Counted from the stretch's first letter, positions 21,580 through 32,540 are shown. The stretch: DNA of 64,000 bases from an uncultured Candidatus Planktophila sp. (GCA_964572265.1 CAZNEQ010000001.1:6664-70663), one strand, 5' to 3'. Notes: generated by a model not told the origin, from the sequence alone. Program-made: numbers and translations.

Positions 21580-22665
21580 TTACTTCTTCACGGCTTTCTC
21601 GATAATTGCAATAATCTTATCTACCGCATCGACTCTTGATGCATCACCGCTTACGGGTTGATTTTCACTTTTTTCAAGTAAGCGGGATAAATTGTTTTCG
21701 AGCCAATGAGTCGAGAAATCTCGTTGCTCTATGAGCTCTGCTCTACCTTGTGAGACCAGTTCCTGGGCGTTGAAAGCCTGTTCTCCATTTCCAATCGGAA
21801 GCGGGATAAAGAGTGAGAATCGAGAGAGCGCGGAGGCCTCTGCACAGGTGACTGCTCCACTTCGAGATATCAAGAGGTCGGCAGCAAGGTACATATCAGC
21901 CATTTCATCGATGTAATTCAGCTGCTTATAGCGCTCACTAGAGGCGGCGGCCGAGTTGTTTCTTCCTACTCCGTGAATGACTGCGCAACCATTTTCCAAA
22001 AAGATAGATTGTGACTTTTCAATCACTTCGTTGATCGCTTGTGACCCTTGTGAGCCACCAAAGATAAAGATTAACTTCTGCGAAGAGTCGAGTGCATATT
22101 TCTGAGCGACAACATGTTTAGCCTCTGTTCTCGCTCTATTCCAGTCACCCTGCGCCTTCATTAGCGCTGCTCGCACATCTAGGCGAAGAGGCAATCCAGT
22201 CAACTCTGCCTTCGAAAGGGCACCGTGCGCAACTGGGTAGCTAATTGCACGATAAGAAGTAAGCCATGCGCCCACGCGATTAGCCCATCCAGGGCGCGCG
22301 TTCTGCTCATGAATAACAAACGGTGTGCGGGTTATCGCTGCTGCACAGTACATGGGTGCAGATACATATCCGCCGAATCCAATTGCGCAATCGACGTCCT
22401 TAAGGATGCGGCTTGTCTTAACGATTGCGGCAAGGAGATGGAACGGCACCTTTAAAAGTGAGGGTGAAATTTTTCTGGCGATGCTCACTTTAGGGATATG
22501 GAGCAATGTAAATCCCGCGGCAGGGATTAGCGAGTTCTCAAGTCCAGAATCTGTACCGATAAAGACAATCTCATCTTGGGGATGGCGCTCTCTCCAGCCA
22601 CGTGCAACAGCGAGTGCCGGTTCAATATGTCCTGCTGTTCCGCCGCCGGCAAGGAGAATCTTCAT
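21580..22665 (-). CDS. murG: Undecaprenyldiphospho-muramoylpentapeptide beta-N-acetylglucosaminyltransferase
   Basis: GGGTAGH, GFGGYVS, HEQN, GGSQGS, GNGEQ..NA. ATG 22665 follows AAGGAGGAG. Confidence 0.96.
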   Translation of the reverse strand: MKILLAGGGTAGHIEPALAVARGWRERHPQDEIVFIGTDSGLENSLIPAAGFTLLHIPKVSIARKISPSLLKVPFHLLAAIVKTSRILKDVDCAIGFGGYVSAPMYCAAAITRTPFVIHEQNARPGWANRVGAWLTSYRAISYPVAHGALSKAELTGLPLRLDVRAALMKAQGDWNRARTEAKHVVAQKYALDSSQKLIFIFGGSQGSQAINEVIEKSQSIFLENGCAVIHGVGRNNSAAASSERYKQLNYIDEMADMYLAADLLISRSGAVTCAEASALSRFSLFIPLPIGNGEQAFNAQELVSQGRAELIEQRDFSTHWLENNLSRLLEKSENQPVSGDASRVDAVDKIIAIIEKAVKK

Positions 22666-22678
22666 CAAGCACTCCTCC

Positions 22679-23851
22679 TTACTTACGGGCGAAGCGACGT
22701 ACTAATTCTCTCGAGACATCCTTATCCCGAAGCGCCACTCCTGCGACGAAGCCTAAAGCGCAGATGGTGGTTAAGAGCGCAGATCCGCCATATGACACCA
22801 AAGGAAGTGTCACACCCACCACAGGGAGGACGCTGATTGCAGTGCCAATGTTGAGAATGGATTGGATTCCAATCCAGATTGCAACGCCGGCACAGACATA
22901 ACGGGAAAACGGATCTTTAGCTCGAAGAGCGATTCTAAAAATTGAATAGACCAATGTACCGAGCAGGACGAGCACTCCAACGGTTCCTAGTAGACCGAGT
23001 TCTTCGCCAATGACGGAGTAGATAAAGTCGGTGTGAGCTTCAGCGAGATTTTCCCACTTCTGACGGCTACCGCCGAGACCTACGCCAAAGACACCGCCAC
23101 TTGCGAGACCAAGCAAGCTATGTGCTGGCTGCCATCCAAAGTTCTTGTACTCGTCTGGCGCGAAAGGATTGAGAAAAACTAGAAAGCGCGCACGTCGATA
23201 ATCGCTCGTGACAATTCCGGCTGCGAGAGCAATAAATCCAGCAGCAGTGACCCATCCCAATTTGCGAATTTCGACACCACTTACAAAGAAGATTCCAGCA
23301 GCGATAGCTGCAATAACGGAAGAAGTGCCGAGGTCTCCACCTCGCATCACGGCAAGGATGACGAGAAGAAATCCTGGCCCGATCAACGCGATAACGTTAA
23401 AGTTGAATTTCTTCGCACTTTCTTTCCGGGCCAATAAGTATGCAGCCCAGAGGATGAGCAGAAACTTTGTAAATTCACCTGGTTGGACATCGATGACTTT
23501 AAGATCAATCCAATTTCGATTGCCATTTACCTCTTTGCCCACACCAGGAATCATTACGGTTCCCACCAATACCAGCGAAAAAATCAGGCTAAAGCGAGCA
23601 AGAAGCTGCCACTGTGCAAGTGGCATTCGCGCCAACACCACTGCAAAGGGAAGACCTACAGCGAGAAAAACAAACTGACGGAGAGCCACTGCAAAGGCGT
23701 AACCCTTGGTGTCAATGGCATGGATAGAAGAAGCCGAGAAGACCATAATCAGACCAAGAACCACTAGCACTGAAGTGCTAATCATCATCATGTAGAAATG
23801 ATTGACCGGCTCATTGAGGAATCGTTTTCTCTGGGCTGTTTTAATTGTCAT
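22679..23851 (-). CDS. ftsW: SEDS peptidoglycan polymerase FtsW
   Basis: Multi-TM; QPGEF.K, EAHTDFI, GVTLPLVSYGGS. Confidence 0.95.
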   Translation of the reverse strand: MTIKTAQRKRFLNEPVNHFYMMMISTSVLVVLGLIMVFSASSIHAIDTKGYAFAVALRQFVFLAVGLPFAVVLARMPLAQWQLLARFSLIFSLVLVGTVMIPGVGKEVNGNRNWIDLKVIDVQPGEFTKFLLILWAAYLLARKESAKKFNFNVIALIGPGFLLVILAVMRGGDLGTSSVIAAIAAGIFFVSGVEIRKLGWVTAAGFIALAAGIVTSDYRRARFLVFLNPFAPDEYKNFGWQPAHSLLGLASGGVFGVGLGGSRQKWENLAEAHTDFIYSVIGEELGLLGTVGVLVLLGTLVYSIFRIALRAKDPFSRYVCAGVAIWIGIQSILNIGTAISVLPVVGVTLPLVSYGGSALLTTICALGFVAGVALRDKDVSRELVRRFARK

Positions 23852-25250
23852 TCTTGACTACTTCCTTTACAGATTGAGCGAATCGATCCCCACGGTCTGC
23901 GTACGAAATGAATTGATCCATCGAGGCGCAGGCTGGAGCGAGCAAGACCACATCCCCCTCGTCAGCAATCTCCGCCGCTTTTGCGACAACGAGATTCATA
24001 AAGTCATTGCTGTGCCCACCGCGTTGGTACGAAGTTGGTGGATCAATCAAGTAGACCGGCAGGTCTGGTGCAAACTTCAACAGCGCAGTTCTAATTAAGT
24101 CGCGATCTTCGCCAATAAGTATTGCGCTTTTAAGTCGGGACCATGTGCGTTCGATGAGAGGCTCCATTGCTGCGCCTTTTGCCAAACCGCCAGCAATCCA
24201 GATAACGGAAAAGTGCGACATGATCGATGCCGAGGCAGCGTGCGGATTGGTTGCTTTCGAATCATCAACCCACTTAACTCCATTAATTTCAGCAACTTCT
24301 TCAATGCGGTGACGACCAGGCTTGAAAGTCTTGAGAGCTTCTCGGATTACCTCCCGAGATATACCCACCGTGGAGGCCAAGCCAGCAGCAGCGAGAGAGT
24401 TAGAGATGTGATGAGGAACGGTAGGAACAACTTCGGAGAGTTCGGCGAACAAACCTGCTTCTTGGTGATCGGGAACAAAGGCGCGATCTACCAAAAGCTC
24501 CTCCACGATACCGAGTTCACCAGGTGCTGGAGTATCAAGTGAATAGAAAATCTTTCTTCCGAGCCAATGCGAAGTTCGACCCACAACTTCACCATCATCG
24601 CCATTGAGGATTGCTGTTGTGGACTTATCCAAAATTGATATCTTCGCTTGGGCATATGCATCGAAGGTGCCATGCCAATCAACGTGATCATCTGCGATAT
24701 TGAGAATGGCCGATGAAATGAATTGAGCATCCTGCAGCCAGTGAAGTTGGAAAGACGACAACTCCAGAATTAAATAATCCAACTGTTCGCCACTCGTTAC
24801 AGTTTCGATAACGGTGGTGCCGACATTTCCACAAGCTTTTGCGCTTATTCCAGCAGTAGCGAAAATATGAGCGACCATCTCAACTGTAGTTGTCTTGCCA
24901 TTAGTACCAGTCAGCGCCAGCCACTTCTGCTTAGGAAGCTTCTCCATCTTGATGTGCCATGCAAAATCAATCTCGTTGAGAATATCTTTGCCTGCACTTC
25001 GAGCAAGCTGCACTAACGGATTGCTCTCTTTCCAGCCTGGTGAGACCAATAGCGCATCAAAATCACTTTCACTAAAGGCTCCGGGCTTCTTCACCTCAAT
25101 GCCCTCAACCTCAATACCTTTCTCATCAGCAAAAACAACTTCTGCGCCTCGCTCGATAAGCGCACGTGCAACTGCTAGGCCAGTAACGCCAGCTCCGGCA
25201 ACAACAATCCGCTTCTCTGCGAGATTTTGGTATGGGGTATCGGGTGACAT
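23841..25250 (-). CDS. murD: UDP-MurNAc-L-Ala--D-glutamate ligase
   Basis: TGTNGKTTT, ELSSFQL, DDSKATN, LLAPACASMD. Confidence 0.96.
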   Translation of the reverse strand: MSPDTPYQNLAEKRIVVAGAGVTGLAVARALIERGAEVVFADEKGIEVEGIEVKKPGAFSESDFDALLVSPGWKESNPLVQLARSAGKDILNEIDFAWHIKMEKLPKQKWLALTGTNGKTTTVEMVAHIFATAGISAKACGNVGTTVIETVTSGEQLDYLILELSSFQLHWLQDAQFISSAILNIADDHVDWHGTFDAYAQAKISILDKSTTAILNGDDGEVVGRTSHWLGRKIFYSLDTPAPGELGIVEELLVDRAFVPDHQEAGLFAELSEVVPTVPHHISNSLAAAGLASTVGISREVIREALKTFKPGRHRIEEVAEINGVKWVDDSKATNPHAASASIMSHFSVIWIAGGLAKGAAMEPLIERTWSRLKSAILIGEDRDLIRTALLKFAPDLPVYLIDPPTSYQRGGHSNDFMNLVVAKAAEIADEGDVVLLAPACASMDQFISYADRGDRFAQSVKEVVKNDN

Positions 25251-25266
25251 ATTTCGAGCTTCGGAA

Positions 25267-26328
25267 CTAGCTCGCTACCCATTCGGTATAGAAGAGACCA
25301 AGACCCATCGCTACACAGAGACCAGCAATGATCCAGAAACGTAGAACAACCGTGACCTGACCCCACCCCATGAGTTCAAAGTGATGATGCAGCGGCGCCA
25401 TTTTGAAGAGGCGTTTTCCGCCAGTTAATTTGAAGTAGATAACTTGCAGCGCAACAGAGAGAGTAATGATCACAAAGAGTCCACCGAGTGGAATAAGCAA
25501 GAGCTGAATCCGAAGTGATGCCGCAATTCCAGCAAGCGCCGCACCAAGTGCAAGTGAACCGGTATCTCCCATAAATATCTTCGCCGGTGATGCATTCCAC
25601 CAGAGAAAGCCAGTGCAAGATCCAGCAAAAGCTGCCGAGAGAACTGCTAAATCGAGTGGGTCACGGACTTGATAACAATTTGCGCCCGCTGTTTCTAATG
25701 CACAACTTTGACCAAACTCCCAGACGCCAATCAAAACAAAGGCAATAAATGTCATTACTGCCGCACCTGTTGCTAATCCATCAAGGCCATCCGTGAGATT
25801 AACGCCATTGCTGGTCGCAGTGACCATAAATGCAATCCATATAACGACCGCAACAGTTCCGAGAGTGATAGATGTATCTCTCACTGTTGATAGCTGAAGG
25901 CTAATGGGGGTAAAACCATCTTTATCTGCAAATTGAAGTCCCAGGTAACCAAAGACGGATGCAGCAGCGACTTGACCCAAAATCTTCTGCTTCCCACTAA
26001 TTCCGCCGGAGTTTTGACGCGAGATCTTTACATAGTCATCTACAAAACCAACGAGGCCAATGGCGAGAACCAAACCGATCACCAAGAGAGCGGAAGTGCT
26101 CATCGCGTTCCCTGAAATCAAATGAGCAATCACATAAGCAGCTATCACCGAGAAGATGATGATGATTCCACCCATGGTTGGGGTGCCGCGTTTTGTATGG
26201 TGCGTAGAAGGACCATCATCGCGAATGAACTGCCCGTAGCCTTTACGCACTAATCCTTTAATGAGTACTGGAGTACCAAAAAGGGAGAAGAAAAGAGCAA
26301 GTCCACCAGCTATCAAAATCTCTTTCAT
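25267..26328 (-). CDS. mraY: Phospho-N-acetylmuramoyl-pentapeptide transferase
   Basis: KRGTPTMGG, NLTDGLDGL, FMGDTGS, MAPLHHHFE. Confidence 0.97.
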   Translation of the reverse strand: MKEILIAGGLALFFSLFGTPVLIKGLVRKGYGQFIRDDGPSTHHTKRGTPTMGGIIIIFSVIAAYVIAHLISGNAMSTSALLVIGLVLAIGLVGFVDDYVKISRQNSGGISGKQKILGQVAAASVFGYLGLQFADKDGFTPISLQLSTVRDTSITLGTVAVVIWIAFMVTATSNGVNLTDGLDGLATGAAVMTFIAFVLIGVWEFGQSCALETAGANCYQVRDPLDLAVLSAAFAGSCTGFLWWNASPAKIFMGDTGSLALGAALAGIAASLRIQLLLIPLGGLFVIITLSVALQVIYFKLTGGKRLFKMAPLHHHFELMGWGQVTVVLRFWIIAGLCVAMGLGLFYTEWVAS

Positions 26329-27720
26329 CTACTTGCCACCTTCTTCTTCATCCAGCTGCGCCGCCCAATACTTTTCTATCTCCACTGCAATCTCTTCCAT
26401 CTTTTCAGATCTCGAACCTTTGCAGAGAATGACATCCCCTCGATTGAAATGGGAGAAGAGCGCTTGGGCTTCTTCTCTAGAACTGCAAAGATGCACAGCA
26501 GTCTCTGACCCAGCCGAGACTCCCGCGGCGTATTCGGGGGCATTGACCGCGACCAAATGATCGATGCGTAAATCTGAACAAAGGGTGCCAATCTCTTGAT
26601 GTGAGGCGGTGGTGGACTCGCCGAGTTCGCGCATAATTCCTAAGAATGCCCATGACTCTCCCCCGCGTTCCTGCGAGAGGTGGGCCAAAGTTGCTAACGC
26701 TGCTGCCATCGAATCAGGGCTCGCGTTATAGGCGTCGTTAATCAAAGTGAGATCATCGAGCTCAATGACCTGCATACGCATAGCGGCATGCATCTCTGCA
26801 GTAGACAAGGCTGTTGCTATCTGATCAGTTTTTAAACCTAAAACGTGAGCAACTGTCGCTGCCGCAAGAGCATTGGGAATCTGGTGAAGCCCGTATTGTC
26901 GTAGTGCAACTGTGCTACGGCCCTCTGGGGTAACTAGATCGAAGTGGGCACGTCCCTCACGAAGTTCTATATCTGATGCTCTTACGGTCGAGTCGCTGTT
27001 TTCGCCAAATGTATATGTAGCCCCTTGATGCAAAGAAGACATCGCCTTCGTAAACTGATCATATTGACCAAGGATTGCAATTGAATCTTGAGCAAGCGAG
27101 GAAATCATCTCTGATTTAGCAAGTGCAATTTTCTCTAACGACCCAAATTCTCCGATATGGGCAGCAGCAACTCGCAGGACAACACCGATATTTGGTTTTG
27201 CGATCTTTGATAATGCAGCAATATCCCCCACATGTCGGGCACCCATTTCGACGATGCAATACTGCGTCATGTGATCGCAGCGAAGAATCGTAAGTGGTAC
27301 ACCTAATTCATTATTGTTATTACCTTTGGTGGCAATGGTTTTTCCATGTGAAGATAGAATCGCAGAAAGTAATTCTTTTGTAGTTGTCTTACCCTGTGAA
27401 CCGGTGATGCCAACAACGCGAAGTGCGGATAACTTCTCACGGACATGGGTTGCCAAGAGTGATAAGGCCGTAGATACATCTTCAACCACGATGCAACGCT
27501 GTGCGGATTTTTGAGATGTAATGGAGAGTACTGCGCCATGATTGAAAGCATCTGCAATGAAGTCGTGGCCATCCACTCGCTCACCTTTGAGTGCAATGAA
27601 AATGGATCCTTCGATACATTCTTGAGATGAAAGAAATGCTGGTGCGGTTACTTCGCAATCGCTACCGTGCAGCTCTCCATTAACTATGCGAGCTATCTCA
27701 GAACTCTTCAGCGGAATCAT
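26329..27720 (-). CDS. murF: UDP-MurNAc-tripeptide--D-Ala-D-Ala ligase
   Basis: GITGSQGKTTTK, NNELGVPLT, INDAYNASPDSM, KGSR. Confidence 0.95.
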   Translation of the reverse strand: MIPLKSSEIARIVNGELHGSDCEVTAPAFLSSQECIEGSIFIALKGERVDGHDFIADAFNHGAVLSITSQKSAQRCIVVEDVSTALSLLATHVREKLSALRVVGITGSQGKTTTKELLSAILSSHGKTIATKGNNNNELGVPLTILRCDHMTQYCIVEMGARHVGDIAALSKIAKPNIGVVLRVAAAHIGEFGSLEKIALAKSEMISSLAQDSIAILGQYDQFTKAMSSLHQGATYTFGENSDSTVRASDIELREGRAHFDLVTPEGRSTVALRQYGLHQIPNALAAATVAHVLGLKTDQIATALSTAEMHAAMRMQVIELDDLTLINDAYNASPDSMAAALATLAHLSQERGGESWAFLGIMRELGESTTASHQEIGTLCSDLRIDHLVAVNAPEYAAGVSAGSETAVHLCSSREEAQALFSHFNRGDVILCKGSRSEKMEEIAVEIEKYWAAQLDEEEGGK

Positions 27721-29201
27721 TTGTTTGCCTCGATCGCCTGAGCCAGTTGCACGCGGTCGTCAAACTCTGTTATGACTCCAGCAATTTCCTGACCGCTTTC
27801 ATGCCCCTTGCCGAGAATCAGAACGGTGTCGCCGCTCTTTGCTTCTGCGACGGCTGCGGCTATTGCAGCTGCCCGATCTTCAATAATTTGAGAAGGGGCT
27901 GAAAATGCGAGCCCTTTTGTCATCTCTTGCAGAATACTTCTCGGATCTTCGCTTCGAGGATTATCGCTTGTAAATACTGCGACATCAGAACCGGCTAAGA
28001 GAGCAGCTCCCATCAATGGGCGCTTGGCTGCGTCGCGGTCACCACCACAGCCCAAGACTGCGATTACCCGACCTGAGGTGAATTCACGAACAGCAGCTAG
28101 CACATTGCTCACAGCGTCAGGAGAGTGTGCATAATCAACAAGCGCGGTAAATGGCTGACCGAGCGATACCGACTCGAGTCTTCCCGCTGCACCAAGGAGT
28201 GATGGCGTAATTGAAGCGATTTCAAGTGGATCAATTCCACATTCGTATGCGATGGCTATGGCAAGTAAAAGGTTATCCAGGTTGTAACCACCGTGTAGAG
28301 ATGTATTAGATTCAATCAAGATTCCATCGCGACCTCGAATAGTAAACTCGACACCACTGGCGATGTTGTTTACCTGAGTAAAGTGCCACGTTGCTTTCGT
28401 ATTGTGACGCGATACCGACATCACTGGAATTGGGGACTCATTAAAGAGCCGCAATCCGTATTCGCCATCAATATTTACAAAACCAAGGTCGCCATATTCA
28501 TGGGTAAAGAGCTTTGACTTCGCCTTGAAGTAGCTCTCCATATCCCCGTGGAAATCCAAATGATCTTGGGTCAAATTAGTGAATCCAACGATTGCAAAAT
28601 GAGAACCAATCATTCGCTTAAGCGTGAGAGAGTGACTGGACACCTCCATCACAAGATGGCGCATATGTCGTTCACGCATTGTTGCCGCAAGAGCTTGCAC
28701 CTCGGGAGCCTCCGGAGTTGTCCGGGTGCTTTTCAAAGATTCTGTGCCGATACGCGTTTCGACGGTTCCAATCAATCCACTTTCGCGGCCTACCTCCGAA
28801 AAGATCTGATACAAGAGAGTGGTAACCGTTGTCTTGCCATTGGTACCGGTAATTCCGATACTCGTCATATCTCGAATTGGATCGCGAAAGAAACTGGAGG
28901 CTAGAACTGCACCTGCTTCGCGCACATCACTAACTATTAATGTCGGTAACTCCGTTGAATATTGAGCTCCCGCTTCGTCGGTCAAAACCGCAACTGCGCC
29001 GCTGGCTTGAGCGCTTTTTATGAACTCAGCGCCGTGGTGTTTCGCTCCAGGAAATGCGAGAAAGATATCCCCTGGAAGTACATCTGAATCTTTATGTGTA
29101 ACTCCAGTAAATCGTATTTCTTTGAAATTCTTCTTCTCTGCTCTCAGTAAATTCAAAGCGTCCGAGAGCGAGTATTCAATGGAGTTATATGGGCGAACCA
29201 T
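27717..29201 (-). CDS. murE: UDP-MurNAc-L-Ala-D-Glu--diaminopimelate ligase
   Basis: GITGTNGKTT, TNLTQDHLDFH, VDYAH, DNPR (DAP specificity), GKGHE. Confidence 0.96.
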   Translation of the reverse strand: MVRPYNSIEYSLSDALNLLRAEKKNFKEIRFTGVTHKDSDVLPGDIFLAFPGAKHHGAEFIKSAQASGAVAVLTDEAGAQYSTELPTLIVSDVREAGAVLASSFFRDPIRDMTSIGITGTNGKTTVTTLLYQIFSEVGRESGLIGTVETRIGTESLKSTRTTPEAPEVQALAATMRERHMRHLVMEVSSHSLTLKRMIGSHFAIVGFTNLTQDHLDFHGDMESYFKAKSKLFTHEYGDLGFVNIDGEYGLRLFNESPIPVMSVSRHNTKATWHFTQVNNIASGVEFTIRGRDGILIESNTSLHGGYNLDNLLLAIAIAYECGIDPLEIASITPSLLGAAGRLESVSLGQPFTALVDYAHSPDAVSNVLAAVREFTSGRVIAVLGCGGDRDAAKRPLMGAALLAGSDVAVFTSDNPRSEDPRSILQEMTKGLAFSAPSQIIEDRAAAIAAAVAEAKSGDTVLILGKGHESGQEIAGVITEFDDRVQLAQAIEANK

Positions 29202-31003
29202 TAATTTCTCGCACTCGCTTGTGTTGCTGTGTATGTCTTCAGCTGTGCTTGTGTTAGTGCAACTGGAAGCACTTTGGTCCCAGTTGGCGCAACATTTTCA
29301 GATTGAAGTACAAATGTCATTACCTTTTTGAAAACGGGACCGCAGAGCGCTCCCCCATAGTAACCATTGCGTGGCCGTTGTAAAGTCACGTTGATGACAT
29401 AACGTGGATTATCCGCTGGCGCGAAACCAATAAACGACGCTGTATATCCACTGTACTTTCCGGTTACAGGATCAACACGTTGTGCTGTACCCGTCTTTCC
29501 TGCCACTCGATAACCTGGAATAGCTGCACTTGGTGCAGTTCCGTTACCAGAAACAACGCTCTCCATCATGACTCGCAACTTAGCCGCTGTCTCTTCACTG
29601 ACCACACGAACTGATTCGCGGTTTCCAGCAGGTGTGAAATGTCCGGAAGAATCACTTGTTCCAGCAATCACAGTTGGTGAAACTCGAACGCCGCCATTTG
29701 CAATTGTGGCGAAGACGCTCGTCGCCTGCATCGCAGTTACTGAATATCCTTGACCGAATGCCACGGTAGGAGCGGTTGTACCTGACCATTTGCTCACAGG
29801 ATGGAGGATTCCTGCAGATTCGCCAGGAAGTCCTGAACCAGTCTTTGAGCCAATTCCAAATTTGGTGAGGTAATTGTGGAGACGTTCGCTTCCGATTGTC
29901 TCTGCAACAATGATTGAGCCTGTATTTGATGAAGTCGCCAAAATACCTGTTGTTGTGAGTTTTTGAACCGGGTGCTTCTCATGATCACGGAAGGTTTTTC
30001 CAGCGCGATTCAGGCCATAAGGAACGGCGAATACCGTTGTTGGAGAGACCGTTTTCTCTTCTAGCGCTGCCGCCATGGTCATGATTTTTCCAGTTGATCC
30101 TGGTTCGTAGACATCTTGAACCGAAGGATTACGCATGAGCTCAAGCGGAACATTCTTTGTGTTATTCGGATCAAATGTAGGTGCAGTTGCGTGAGCGATG
30201 ATTGCTCCGGTCTTAGGGTCCATCACAATCACAGTTCCATTAAGAGCGCCAGTACTCTTGACGGCATCAGAGATGGCTTTAGAGGCAATCCACTGCACGT
30301 CACGATCGATAGTAAGGCGTACTGAAGTTCCCGCTTTAGGAGCAACGATTTCGCTCTGAGACCCTGGAATTTCAGCCCCATTGGCTCTCGCATATGAATA
30401 CTTTCCTGGAGTGCCAGCGATGATGGAGTTCATCTTTGACTCAAGTCCGGCAGCGCCAACGCCATCCGCGCGAACAAAACCGATCAGAGAAGAGATCAAT
30501 CTTCCTGATGGATACTCTCGAATATATGAGCGTTCTGGGAAGAATCCAATAATTCGCTCCCCAAGATCTTTCCGGTCAAGTGAAGCGTTATAACTCTCCA
30601 TCGCAGAGGTGAGCTTCTCCCATAATGCCGGGCGACCATTCTTAAGTACCATCGAATATTTGCGAGTGCCGGTGATGCTTGCCTGTACCTCTTCTACAGA
30701 TAATCCGAGAATTGGAGCAACAAATGCCGCTGTCTTCGCTGGATTATTGATCTGAGTTTGATCCACCACGATACTAATCGCAGAAACACTACGAGCGAAT
30801 GCAACGCCGTTCACATCGGTGATATCGCCACGAGGAGCCTGGATTGTTCGAGTTGTCTCCATCTCATCGAGAGCGCGAATCTTGTAATTGCCGGCTTCAA
30901 TAATCTGAACACGAACCAGCTGAAGTGAGAAGAGCGAGAGAACTACTATGAATGCAAAGGCAAGAACTTTGATTCTTGAATGTGAAAGATTGAGGTCACC
31001 CAC
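29201..31003 (-). CDS. ftsI: Class B penicillin-binding protein FtsI/PBP3
   Basis: EPGSTGK (SxxK), SSN, GKTGTAQ motifs; N-terminal TM. Confidence 0.94.
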   Translation of the reverse strand: MGDLNLSHSRIKVLAFAFIVVLSLFSLQLVRVQIIEAGNYKIRALDEMETTRTIQAPRGDITDVNGVAFARSVSAISIVVDQTQINNPAKTAAFVAPILGLSVEEVQASITGTRKYSMVLKNGRPALWEKLTSAMESYNASLDRKDLGERIIGFFPERSYIREYPSGRLISSLIGFVRADGVGAAGLESKMNSIIAGTPGKYSYARANGAEIPGSQSEIVAPKAGTSVRLTIDRDVQWIASKAISDAVKSTGALNGTVIVMDPKTGAIIAHATAPTFDPNNTKNVPLELMRNPSVQDVYEPGSTGKIMTMAAALEEKTVSPTTVFAVPYGLNRAGKTFRDHEKHPVQKLTTTGILATSSNTGSIIVAETIGSERLHNYLTKFGIGSKTGSGLPGESAGILHPVSKWSGTTAPTVAFGQGYSVTAMQATSVFATIANGGVRVSPTVIAGTSDSSGHFTPAGNRESVRVVSEETAAKLRVMMESVVSGNGTAPSAAIPGYRVAGKTGTAQRVDPVTGKYSGYTASFIGFAPADNPRYVINVTLQRPRNGYYGGALCGPVFKKVMTFVLQSENVAPTGTKVLPVALTQAQLKTYTATQASARN

Positions 31004-31406
31004 GAGTCACCGCTTCCGTCTGTCCGAGATTGAGAAATATTGGAGTTTCTGAAGGCTTCATTCCGAGTGCAGTAGCAGCTTTTGCCAATGACTCAGGTGA
31101 TGAGTAGGAATCAATTTTGCGCGTGAGCGCATCACGCTGGTCTGCAACCATTTTCGCTTCAATCTTCAGATTTGAAAGAGTAAAGGCATCTTGCGCAAGA
31201 AGTGTATTGATACCTAGAAGCGCTAGGAATCCGAGGAAGCCAACGGTCGTTACAAAAGTCGCAAAGTACTTTCGGCTAGCGCTCTGTGCCACTGTTACTT
31301 GCGGAAAAGTAGCCTGAATAACTTTTGCTGTGCGTTCTACAACCTGGCGCTTGATTCCAGTTGTAACAGTGTCTGAAACATATTTACGGGCGGTTGCTGT
31401 CGCCAT
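30996..31406 (-). CDS. FtsL-like cell division protein
   Basis: One TM plus coiled coil ending SPESLAKAATALGM; between rsmH and ftsI. Confidence 0.75.
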   Translation of the reverse strand: MATATARKYVSDTVTTGIKRQVVERTAKVIQATFPQVTVAQSASRKYFATFVTTVGFLGFLALLGINTLLAQDAFTLSNLKIEAKMVADQRDALTRKIDSYSSPESLAKAATALGMKPSETPIFLNLGQTEAVTRG

Positions 31407-32359
31407 TATGCGGCCACCCTCTCGATTGCGCGAAGTCGAACTGACGCAGCGCGTGAATTCTCAGTAACTTCAGCCTCTGTTGGCTTTTCGCTGGAGTTGA
31501 ATACCAATTTGAACTTGGCCGCATATTCAGGAAGTTCAACTGGAAGCGCACGTGGGCTCTTTGAAGTTGAAGCTTCTGCAAATTGTTCTTTGATGATGCG
31601 ATCTTCCAAAGATTGAAAGGACATAACAACAACACGGCCGCCGGTAACAATCCGTTCGAGAGCTTGCGGGATTGCTCTTTCGATCGCACCAAGTTCATCA
31701 TTGACAGCAATTCGAAGCGCTTGGAATGTACGCTTTGATGGATTACCACCGGTGCGACGGGTTGCTGCAGGAATGCTCTCTTTTACCAAAGCTGCGAGTT
31801 CTGTTGTTGAGTTGAGAGGCGCGATAGCGCGAGCTTTAACGATATTTTCAACAATTCGCGTTGCAAACTTCTCTTCTCCGTAAACGCGCAAGATGCGTAC
31901 TAGCTCTCCCGGTTGATAGGTATTAACAATCTCTGCTGCTGTGATGCCTCGGCTCTGATCCATGCGCATATCAAGCGGCGCTTCATGAGAGTAAGAGAAA
32001 CCACGGTCTCCCTCATCCAGCTGCATAGAGGAGACACCCAGATCAAAGAGGACTCCGTTTACTTGGGAGAAACCAAAGCTTTCGATAACTTCCGTGAATT
32101 GATCAAAAATTGCATGAGAGGATTTGAAGCGATCGCCAAATGGCGCAAGGCGTGTACGTGCTTTGGTAAGCGCAGCTTGATCTCTATCGATACCTATAAC
32201 TGTGAGATTTGAAAATCGTTCCAGCAACGCTTCCGAATGGCCACCTAGGCCTAGAGTTCCATCAACAACTACTGGGTTTTCATGTGCCAAAATAGAAGGT
32301 GAGAGTAAGTCGACACAACGGTCGCGCATCACTGATATGTGCTGCATCATCTCCCCCAT
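31406..32359 (-). CDS. rsmH: 16S rRNA C1402 N4-methyltransferase
   Basis: DGTLGLGGHS, DLGVSSMQLD, LDMRMD, FQALRIAVN, SLEDR. Confidence 0.97.
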   Translation of the reverse strand: MGEMMQHISVMRDRCVDLLSPSILAHENPVVVDGTLGLGGHSEALLERFSNLTVIGIDRDQAALTKARTRLAPFGDRFKSSHAIFDQFTEVIESFGFSQVNGVLFDLGVSSMQLDEGDRGFSYSHEAPLDMRMDQSRGITAAEIVNTYQPGELVRILRVYGEEKFATRIVENIVKARAIAPLNSTTELAALVKESIPAATRRTGGNPSKRTFQALRIAVNDELGAIERAIPQALERIVTGGRVVVMSFQSLEDRIIKEQFAEASTSKSPRALPVELPEYAAKFKLVFNSSEKPTEAEVTENSRAASVRLRAIERVAA

Positions 32360-32417
32360 TTCAATTCCTTTACTTTTCTTTCTTGGATTACATCCGTAAA
32401 TAAGAAACTTCTATTCC

Positions 32418-32540
32418 CACTCGTCTCTGGTCACCGCCGGCCGACGGATTGTGAATTCGAAAGCGACGTCGGGGAAGAGACGCCGCTGTCGGCCCTAGCT
32501 AATAAAGGAGCTGGAGGTCGGCGGTGGCCACAAATGAGTG
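32418..32540 (-). ncRNA. mraW RNA motif (actinobacterial cis element upstream of rsmH/mraW)
   Basis: Long hairpin: TGGTCACCGCCGGCC pairs with GGTCGGCGGTGGCCA and CACTCGT with ATGAGTG. Apical CUUCCCC on the minus strand (GGGGAAG at 32471-32477). Position matches the known motif. Confidence 0.82.
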
